A stretch of DNA of 58,798 bases, filler included, from Sphacelaria rigidula (Eukaryota): assembly GCA_964200075.2 (NCBI GenBank). It is 3 parts of 3 records of this genome, joined end to end, with 100 filler letters (N's around TTAATTAATTAA, not from the genome) between each part and the next. Parts side by side here need not be neighbours in the genome. Positions count along the whole stretch, not along the records: positions 39,273 to 58,798 come from CAXNAA020000651.1; 2 more parts are not named here. The stretch is one strand, 5' to 3'. Shown piece after piece: positions 49,656 to 58,798 of the stretch; the first letter of the stretch is position 1; each line of letters opens with the position of its first letter. Below the pieces are notes generated by a model. The model was given only the letters and a program-made list of their open reading frames with translations. It had not been told where the DNA came from and did not search any database. A program made the position numbers and the translations under genes.

Positions 49656-51820
49656 CAAGGGCAGGTCGAGTAGAGTATACTCAATAATCTGTATTTTGGA
49701 AAAGTCATACTTTTGGTACTCGAAATTTCGAGAAGAGTATTTGAGGTTGTACTCAATCTACCCAAAATTTGAGTATTGGGGTCATACCCAAGTGAAACTT
49801 TAGGACTCAAGTATTTTTTTAGAGTACTGACCCAAAATTTGAGTAGATTGCTTGAGGGCATACTCAATCTACCCAAAGTTTGAGTAGAGTTTTTGAGGTC
49901 ATACCAAAGTGATTCTATACACCCAAGTATTGCTGAGAGTGTTTACCCAATATTTGAGTAAAGTATTTGAGGTACTCAATCTACCCACGCTTTGAGCATA
50001 GTATTTGAGGTCATACTCAATCTACCCAAAAATTGTGTCGAGTGTTTGACGCCGTACTCGATTTATTCAAAATTTGAGTAAAGTATTACTAGGCCGTGCT
50101 CAACCTACCCGAAACTTGAGTAGAGTACTTGAGGCCGTACTCTGCAGCTACCCAAAATTCGAGTAGAGTTAAAATTCGGGTATTTTACTCGAGTATTCAA
50201 ATGAACATACTCTACTCCACGTGCCCTTGTACTGTTCCACCGCTAACCCTCCCATGGAGGAGTCACATGTGCGGCAAGTAGAGTCAATCATTTTGATAAC
50301 ACGGTCGACTCCCCTTTGAGGACGACTTTTTTTCTCAAACCGGGTGGCCCGACAGAAAGTACAACTAGTGGGGTATGTACCATTTTCTACTCTGCGGCCC
50401 CCCTTCTGTATTGTAAATAATCATATTGATATTTCCGTACGTCCGTGCCCGCTGTACTGCAGGAGGGCGTCAGCAAAATACAAAAGGGTGTGCTAAACAA
50501 TGCTGTACATACATACGTGGCGTTCAAAACATATCAGTTTGAGTGGGAAATGGTTCGACAACAACAAGGGTTGCTCGCCGTGTCTGTGGTGCTGAATTTT
50601 CATACTGCACGCTTCCCTATCCATGGACGAATCGTTATAAGCTACAGCATGCCTCAGTTGGACCCGGGGATGGTGAGCTATCGTCCCCTGAAATTCAAGG
50701 ACGAAACCCCGCTTTAAGGACACTTTCCCCCCCGAAAAACCATGTGCGTCCTTGAAGCGGGGTCGACTGTACCTACCCGACTACCCATCTACTCAATTAT
50801 TCAATGACGATGAGTAGCGCTCTGTACTGAAACTGATATCGAAGAGGTTACGAGGTATCAAATATGTACTGCCATGGGTGGGGGCAGGTGAGCTGTGGCA
50901 GGTAGGTTCATTTCACCTGCACGCTTTTTTTTTTGCTTTTTGATGGTCATCATTCGCTCATGCACATTGTAGCTCGTGACGTAGCGCCACTCAACTCTTT
51001 GATGGCCATCGTTCGCCCATGTATTGATCATAATCTGTGAGGTGACGTAACGAAGTCCCCAGAGGTCACGGTTACTCGTCATACCCAAGTGATACTTTAT
51101 ACCTGAGTATTACTGAGAGTGCTTACCCAAAATTTGAGTAGAGTATTTGAAGTCGTACTCAATCTACCCAAAGTTTGAGTGGAGTATTCGAGGTTGTACT
51201 ATATCTACCCAAAATTTGAGTGGAGTGTTGAAGCTGACCCAAGTGATCCTCTATAATCGACCATTACTGGGAGTACTTATCCAAATTTGAGTCGAGTATT
51301 TGAGGTCATACTCGATCTCTGCAAAATTTGAGTGGAGTATTTGATGTCGTACTCCGTCTACCCAAAATGCGAGTAGAGTATTTGAGGCCATAATCAATCT
51401 ACCCGAATTTTGTGGGGAGTATTTAAGGTTATTCTCAATCTACCCAAAATTCGAGTAGAGTAGTGAGGTCATACCCAAAGTGAACCTCTATGCTTGAGTA
51501 TTACTGAGAGTACCTACCCAATATTTGAGGTTATACTCAGTCTACCCGAAATTTGAGTAGAGTGTCTGGGGCCATACTCAATCTGCCCGAAGTTTGAGTA
51601 GAGGGTTTGAGGTCATACACAAGTTCTACTCTATAACCAAGTATTGCTGAGAGTGCTTACCCAATATTTGAGTAAAGTATTCGAGATCGTCTTTAATCTA
51701 CCCAAAACTGAAGTAGAGTATTTTAGGCCGTACTCAATCTACCCAAAAAATGAGTAGAGTGAAAACGCGGGTATTTTACTCGAGTATTCAAAAGTACATA
51801 CTATACTCCACCTGTCCTTG
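49656..51820. mobile_element. hAT-like non-autonomous element with arrays of ~40-bp subterminal repeats and a duplicated right end
   Basis: TIRs CAAGGGCAGGTCGAGTAGAGTA / TACTATACTCCACCTGTCCTTG. 8-bp TSD AACGATTT / AACAATTT (one mismatch). Arrays of TACTCAATCTACCCAAAATTTGAGTAGAGTATTTGAG at ~49740-50190 and ~51080-51790. An internal right end finishes at 50229. Confidence 0.75.
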
Positions 51821-52599
51821 AACAATTTCGTTCTGAGGTCGTGAACCCGATTTGTTGGTCGAAATCAGGGTCGTCCGTGAGATGAGTTCCCCGAGTTTTT
51901 ATTTCCCCGATGCTCGAAAAAATCCAAATCGGTGACTGCCATGGAATATGGTCGTATGTTTAAAAAAGCCGTTTTTAATAACAGGTTTTTGAGCAGAATA
52001 TTTTGAAGTAGCCCTTCTTATGTGATCGACGCTATCGAAATCGGAAAAGCAGTGTTCATCGTTTTCTCCGAGACTTGTGGGCATAATTTCAAACTCTGGG
52101 GCGCGCGAGAGAGACAGCACTCTACTGCTGTGTCGTGGTATACGGTCCGTACTGTCTGTACTTCTGTTATATATTGATCGAGCAACACGTGTTGGGCTGC
52201 AGGACGCAAGACGATTAATAAAAACACCGCCTTGCTGTACTACCTGACTGTAGATATGACGGCTGCGCTTTTTGGCTGCACGGTAGTACGTGACTGTACT
52301 GAGAGCACGGAAAACAATACAGACATGGTTGCTTTATTGTATGCATTGGCTGTAGTACTAGCGCAGCAGAACTACGTGTAGTCTTGCGTGTATAGCCAGT
52401 ACGGTCTATCTCCACAGTGCTTGGGTGCGTGGGCAGTCCGCACTTGCAACACCTATTGGCAACATGCTGCATGCACAGACCTGAACTGCTTTGCAATACT
52501 GTCCGGACTACATGAAGGCTGTACAGTACTCGTCATCGGCCCTGCCGGGTGCTTTTTCACGGGGTAAAGAGCCACCACGTTGCTGGGTGTACTGATGAT

Positions 52600-53700
52600 C
52601 ATGCATGCCATAGTCATAAAGACCATTGACCTCGCATCCCTACAATGCCGGAACGGAGCACGCCGGGTTTCGCCGGACCAGGCTTGCACTCAAACCAAGC
52701 GTGTTCGGCGAGTCGCATGAAGGGTGAGCTGCATCCTGCTAAGATTGTTCGGCCCGAAGCTCTTGCATTTGGATGACAGCCTACAATGAGCTGCTTTATC
52801 ATCTGGTAACGCCACTTCCAGAGACAGGCACGGCTTGCACTACCTCGTGGGTGTCCCACCATTCAAACACCACGTAGTACGATCATCCCCATTGTGCGGA
52901 GTTGAGATTCTCTCACGTCGCCCAACATGGTGTAGCTCGACTAGCATAATGTTTACCGCAAAAAACGGAAGTGCGCAAAAAATTGGTAACCTGGTTGCCA
53001 AGCTTACGCAGTGAGTGGCGTGTTTTATAGCGTCATGCCCAACCGACGCCAACCCCATCGGGGGTCCGCCCCTACGAAGCCGGGACAGAGCACGCCGGGT
53101 TCTCTCCGGACCAGGCTGAACGCTACTGGGTGGGGGGCGGGGGGGTACTCAGGATCATACAGGCTGTAGTAATGAGGCCATTGACCTCGCATCCCTGCAA
53201 AGCCGATAAAGAGCACGCCGAGTTTTTGGCCGGACCAGGCTCGCACTCAATCACCAAGCGTGAAGCGCCGTAGTGTGTTCGACGAGTTGCATGAAGGCTG
53301 TGAGCTGCATCCCGGTAAGATTGTTCGGCCTGAAGCCTACTGATTATCTTGCATGTGGATGCCAGCCTACAATGAGTTGCTTCATTTCCTGATATTGCCA
53401 CTTCCAGAGACAGTCACGGCTTACACACTGCCTCATGGGTATCTCACCATTTAAACACTACGTAGTACGATCACCCCGATTATGCAGAGTTGAGGTTCTC
53501 CCAGGCCGCACAACATGGTCTAGCTTGACCACCATCATGGTTACCGCAAACAAAACGCAAGAGCGCAAAAAAATCGGTACCCTGATTGCCTAGCTTACGC
53601 AATGGGTGGCGTGTTTTACAGTGTCATGCTCAACTGACGCGGACTCCATCAGGGGTCCGCCCCTTGCACGGAACACGCCGGGTTCTCGCCGGGCCAGACC
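52600..53700. repeat. diverged tandem duplication, period ~555 bp
   Basis: CCATTGACCTCGCATCCCT at ~52623 and ~53178, with matching downstream blocks (CCACTTCCAGAGACAG, CGTAGTACGATCA, GGGGTCCGCCC). Confidence 0.85.
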
Positions 53701-54039
53701 AACTCGGGGGAAAGATGAGGGTGTAACACGCTCACTGACTGCGAGCAGCGGTAGCAGCAGTAGTGATGGCAGCCAAGCCAACATGGGTGCTAATTGTGTG
53801 TTGGAAGTTGGCGGGCGGTGGGATATCGCGCGCTTTCCCAGTAATATCTTTCAATAGTCCAAGGTTATCAGAAAATCGTGATTTTCTGATAACTGTGAGC
53901 TATCGGAAAATGTCACCAGATTTTTTGAATAAAAGACGCGTTTTCCGATCATATTAGAAGTGTTGTATTCGGCCTGTTATCAGAAAACGGTATTTTTTCA
54001 ATACCGCTTTTTCACGAATATGCGGAAGAAGTAGCCTTG

Positions 54040-54890
54040 GACTATCTTTCGTGGCAGTCACCGATCTCGGTTTTTTCGACCATTGGGGAGAGAAAATCGG
54101 GAAATGCATTTTGTGGACCCCGATTTGGACCAAATTGAAGGGGAAAATTCGGGGTTATCACGACCTATAAACGATTTCCTCCTAATGTTTCGAAAAAATC
54201 GGGGGAAAGCTGAGGTCTATCCGACTTTGAGGAGGTGACGTGCGTGCATTGACGTACAATGGTAGGGTACGAGGCGTTTGATACTTTTTCAACCGCAGCA
54301 GAGGTCAAGCCTCGTGACAACGCAGGGCCTTCCTGTCCGCCCAGGTGCTGAAGCAGCTTCGCACGGGGTTTGACAAGCGGATCATAAGTGTTGACGCCGT
54401 CCCCTGCGGCGATGGTAATATTTCATGCTGCACCGCGCTGCCAGTTGTATCACTATAACGACGGTACTGTACTACACGATCCTAGTCTGTTGTCGCTGTA
54501 CTTGCAGGGGGTATGTTACTGCAGTGCTAAACTCTTGTCGCACACTGTTCACTGTTGTCGCAATACCGACTGTGACATCGTGTATGACCACACCGCATTA
54601 TCATGCACTGTAATGACGGGGTGTCCTACCCTGTATTACCCTAGGGTACCACGGTACGACATTGTACTCGGAGGAATGTTCACCACCTGCCTGCTCTTCG
54701 GCTTCGTGCACGAGTACGCGATAACACAGTAATGCAGAAAAGGGCTGTCTTGTGTATAGAACTGTTTCACAAATCTGTGATACCGTAAAAACGACCCCCC
54801 CACCCCGATTTTGAGTTCGCGAGTTTGCGTCCCCCCGATAATGAAAAAATGGGGTCTCCAAAAATCGAGATTCGTTGCCGTGAAAGATAG
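54040..54890 (+). repeat. third, uninterrupted arm of repeat family X
   Basis: Colinear with 41850-41885, 43202-43687, 44034-44211 and 46270-46425. Confidence 0.8.
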
Positions 54891-55574
54891 CCTTAGTGCA
54901 GAGAATGACGCCGAAGACCAATTTTTATGGGACAAAATCAAAATGTTTTTTCTTCGCCAATTTTGACCACCGTTTTTCTTCTCCCACAATTTTCAGCGGT
55001 CACATTTTCATGTGTATATATATATAATTTTGTGGCATAAAATCGGAGTTGCACACATGAAGTCGGCGCGATCTAGGGAACTTTGAACCTGTACAACAGC
55101 ACCCAAAGGAAATGCACCGGCTGCATAGCCATCACGTGACTTTTTCAACTTTGTGTAGACACCGCTTTGTTCTCGCCACGGTTTTGTACGGACCAGGACA
55201 CAGAAGTCGGTCGCACGGCAGCTGATACACGGATCGAAACGCGTCCCACGGGGATCAAACGCCATACATCACAGGATCAAGTACAGCGCAGAAATGATTA
55301 TGTGGACACGAAGAGCATCGTGCGTTTTACAGGAAGCACACCTTGCCAATGTACCATGACGTTTTCAACAGGTTATAGCCAGCACTTCGTTTGAACTACT
55401 TCAATTGTACCGACCGGCACACAACATCAGTACAGCAGTTCAGGCAATCCCCAGCGTAAATCAAACCGTATTTGAGTTCAAATGCGCCATACTACAGTGT
55501 CAGCTACGGCACAGGAACAGAAGATCTGGGCAAGAAGCACCTTGTTCATCGGGGAAGGCAAAACGTGCACACGT

Positions 55575-57025
55575 CAGACAGCTCATGAGCTAGCTCATCT
55601 GCGAGCTGTAGCTCACTTGTAGTCAATTATGTACATGCGAGCTACGTCCGATATCTCACCCAAGGCAAACGTGCGCTTGTGAGCTACCGGTTGGTAGCTC
55701 ACCCAGGATGAACATGCGCAGCTAATGTAGCTCTCATAGCTCACCCAGGAAAATCATGTGTAGCCCACGTAGATCTTCTAGGTCAACCAGGGAAAACATA
55801 CGCATGAGCTATACTCGAAATCTCACCGAAGGCAAACATGCGTAGCTCACGCAGCTCCTATAGCTCACCCAGAGAAAACATGAGTGGATGAGTTACGCCC
55901 GGTAGCTTTCCCCGGGAACAAATGCTCATAGCTCACTCACATCATGTGCCTATGGCTCGCCGCTGGCAAACCCGGTGTCGCCCATGATGTAACATTCTTC
56001 GAATGTACGCCGGAACATATCATCAGGTTGTGATTTTCTTACTTGCGCATCGCGGTTGGAATAGTAGAGCTCAACACGAACCCTCGTTCGCATGGTCGGA
56101 TGGTTCAAAACATCATTGACCCTCTGGGGGCCGGACTCCCAGAAACATGGTGTTTGCAAGCAGGAGCCTTTTTTGTGAAACGACATCATTTTCACTTGAA
56201 AACAACCGAAAATGATGCCGACCCACAAAGAATTCCCTGCGCGCAAACACTATGTTTCTGGGAGTCCGGTCCCGAAAGGGCTGAGATTCGTTATCTTGAA
56301 TGATCGATCAATTCATTGCTTTTGACCGCTTGGCCGCGAGGGTACGAATCCATCTGGCCATGCATACTCGTTTCAAGTGGAATTGACGCCGATTCAAGAG
56401 ATGACATATGCTCGCCGTCAAAATGGTTAGCCCTTTGACCGCGTGGGTAGGTGATCTGTAAAATCAGCATATTAATAATAATGTTTTTTGGGTGTAAATG
56501 ATGCCGATTCAACTGATCGCCTACCCCCGACGTCAAAGGGTGAGGCAATCAAATATTGTATGTGTGTTCATTTTTTACCCCACATCGATCGCCTGTTGCG
56601 GGAGATCCAGATCCATGCGTCATCATGTCCGGCTGAAGCGCCGCTAGAGCTGCTGCCCCCGGCGGTCGCCATGTAGGGCGGGTTTTCATGTGCGTGTGAT
56701 CGCGTGTGCGTGTGGTGGCTACGGTGGGGATGGGACGGCTTTTGATGCGGTCATTGTCGATGTTTACAGACAGCAAATCCATCACTGCACAAAACGGAAC
56801 ACAGGTGTGTATATACACATGTGACCGTTATGTATGTAAATATGTAATCGTGTTCACGTATCAACGTACATGAGCATCGGATCAGAAACGGCTCCAAAAC
56901 CGGCGTAGCTGCCGTAATGATTTAGGTCAACCAGGACAAACATGCGCACATGAGTGACGTCCGGTAGCTCACCGAGAGCAGTTATGCATAGCTCACCTAG
57001 CTCTCATAGCTCATGCAGCTCTCAT
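55575..57025. repeat. degenerate AGCTCACCCAGG..AAACATGCG minisatellite (~55575-55945 and ~56920-57025) interrupted by other sequence
   Basis: Recurrent AGCTCACC / AAACATGCG / GAGCTA motifs at roughly 40-60 bp spacing. Confidence 0.6.
56128..56273. repeat. 38-bp inverted repeat (hairpin), possibly a small MITE remnant
   Basis: GGGCCGGACTCCCAGAAACATGGTGTTTGC.. versus ..GCAAACACTATGTTTCTGGGAGTCCGGTCCC. Confidence 0.75.
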
Positions 57026-57799
57026 GATATAAGGGTTAGAAACTACCGAAGAAAAATATGATCATTCTACGAACCGCAGTTTGAGGTATCATGTGTGATG
57101 AGCAGTACTGTAAGGTGTGGCACGCGTAATCTGTGGTACGATATGATGCGGCATGGTACCAGAGATTCGCGACGTGGGTTTCACTGTAGATGAGAGCCAC
57201 GATCTTTCCGCGGTGTGGTACGGTGCTGGATTCGCACATTCGTGGGGAAGACGATGAAAAAATCCCTACACCGTAATTCTAGGCTGAAATTAGTCCGTGT
57301 AAAAGAGTGCCCTCTGTGGTTTGTATTCTCTTGATGGAAATCTCTGTCCAAATCTCACCTTCCCCCTCGGCCAAGTACTTGTATGTACATGTATTATTTC
57401 ACATATTTCACCACTTTTGCCGAGTTTTCTCTGTCGACAAGGCATTTTTTCCCGCGCTTTCTTTTGCAGCACTCTAAAAAGGCTCAGCGGTACATTACCG
57501 TTCAGGTGTGGGTGTCATCTGATACCTGTCGCGCGTGTTCTACCTACCGAAAGTCGCTCAAACTGGCTCTCTTTCGCGGGGTGTCGATCCCCAACCACGA
57601 GGAGCCTGTTGAAGATCGTGGAAAGCTTCAAACACAAAAACGTTTGGCGGGGGGGGGGGGGTTCCCCGTGTTTCTCTTTGTCGCGTTCTCGTTCATTTGT
57701 GAGCACAAACACACCGGTTATGCCGTCAATGTCACGAGAACGTGAGAGCAAAGCAATTAGAAATAGTTGAACATTGGCTCGGCCTTGGTCAGCAGCAAA

Positions 57800-58798
57800 C
57801 AAGAGACCGTGCAATGGGCCGCTGGCGAGTTCAACAAGGCACAGCAGCACGGCAGCACAGGAATGTTTTGCCGCAAAAATAATGACCCTTTCTTGAAAGA
57901 AGACCCGGTGATGTGGGAGCCACAGTGGTGTAGAAAAAACATGCCAAGGATGCCCCACGCATTCCAAGTTGTCGCGAAGTGCCTCCCGCTGTCGTGTTTT
58001 TTTGGCACGAGAGCTACTTCGCACTCTGGAACCTCGGGAATACCACACGTGTCCTACGCCATCGGTTCCGCCGCCGGTCTCCGTCCAAATTCCCATATTT
58101 CCGAACGACATCTGATGATACATGCGATGTTTTGTACAGCCACGATCACGACTGCACATTGAGATACAGCAGCCTCTCATTACCACATATTCCCGACTTG
58201 CGTCACCCCCGGGGGGTTCGTACCAACCTCCCGGAGGGGAACCTTATAGGATATAAATGTATATTCCTATACTGTGAAACGTGTTGTGCCGCTTGTGACG
58301 GAGCGTTGATGTTCGTTCCTTCCTGCAGCTGTTTCTCTGGGTCCATCTTCACTGGTGATGATGTTTACCACCACTTGAGGACGCATCCCTTCCTGCTTTC
58401 AGTAACAACTCTCGCATACGTGTCGGCCATAGCAGCTCAACTCATGATAATGTGATGTCGATTCCTCCTCATGAATTGCCGTAGTGATCGCTTTGGTTTC
58501 TCTTTTCCAAAACAGCGATGTTCTTCCTCCAACACACGGCACTTTCAACAGCGACGAAATGCTATCGATGTCACTCCTACATGGTCATATATATTATCTA
58601 ACATGTGTTTCGGCCCTGACAAGTCCGTGCACTCGTGTCCGAGGGGTATGCCATAACCCTGAGCTGTACCTCAAGAGACCGTGCAATGGGCCGCTGGCGA
58701 GTTCAACAAGGCACAGCAGCACGGCAGCACAGGAATGTTTTGCCGCAAAAATAATGACCCTTTCTTGAAAGAAGACCCGGTGATGTGGGAGCCACAGT
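57800..58798. repeat. perfect direct repeat of at least 127 bp (57800-57926 and 58672 to window end)
   Basis: CAAGAGACCGTGCAATGGGCC...GTGGGAGCCACAGT is identical in both places, offset 872 bp. Confidence 0.9.

Larger units (their letters stand above)
41826..52012. mobile_element. long-arm foldback repeat (family X) expanded by five direct insertions
   Basis: The forward arm (41826-41885, 43202-43687, ~44034-44211) is mirrored by an inverted arm (~46440-46656, 49278-49655, 51821-52012). Outer ends are GGCTACTTC / GAAGTAGCC. An uninterrupted arm at ~54040-54890 shows the empty sites. Confidence 0.7.

Noticed and set aside
49647-51829. Mutator element with a 10-bp TSD (GAACGATTTC / GAACAATTTC)
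   Set aside because: The internal right end also finishes CCTTG, so the terminal C/G belongs to the TIR, leaving an 8-bp hAT-type TSD. Not fully excluded.
57515-58186. 223-aa minus-strand ORF as a gene
   Set aside because: No recognisable domain or coding bias. It overlaps similar-length ORFs in other frames and a duplicated segment.

Overview
Eukaryotic, repeat-dense, probably heterochromatic DNA. A brown-algal (Phaeophyceae-like) origin is inferred from the style of the LINE and Ty3/Gypsy elements and is not proven. Two artificial 100-bp scaffold gaps (N44-TTAATTAATTAA-N44) split it into three contigs. I recognise no intact cellular gene, rRNA, true tRNA or CRISPR array. From left to right: (1) GC-rich low-complexity repeats and candidate phase-0 exons of an unknown spliced gene (about 1.4-6.4 kb). 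(2) A ~5-kb satellite of ~25 monomers of 201-227 bp with higher-order structure. (3) A minus-strand LTR element with PBS and PPT but no gag/pol, containing a LINE fragment. (4) A diverged tandem pair of unknown coding-like sequences. (5) A nested stack confirmed by target-site duplications (TSDs): palindromic MITE > chromodomain Ty3/Gypsy element A > chromodomain Ty3/Gypsy element B > several MITEs. Element A has lost its RT core and has no tRNA PBS but shows a Tf1-like self-priming complementarity. Element B has no recognisable gag and carries a second relic RT-RNaseH segment. (6) A ~10-kb foldback inflated by Tourist/Harbinger-like, SINE, unclassified TIR and hAT-like insertions, followed by further small repeats. 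The most interesting leads are the candidate self-priming of element A, the reciprocal gag/RT defects of A and B, and the higher-order satellite.
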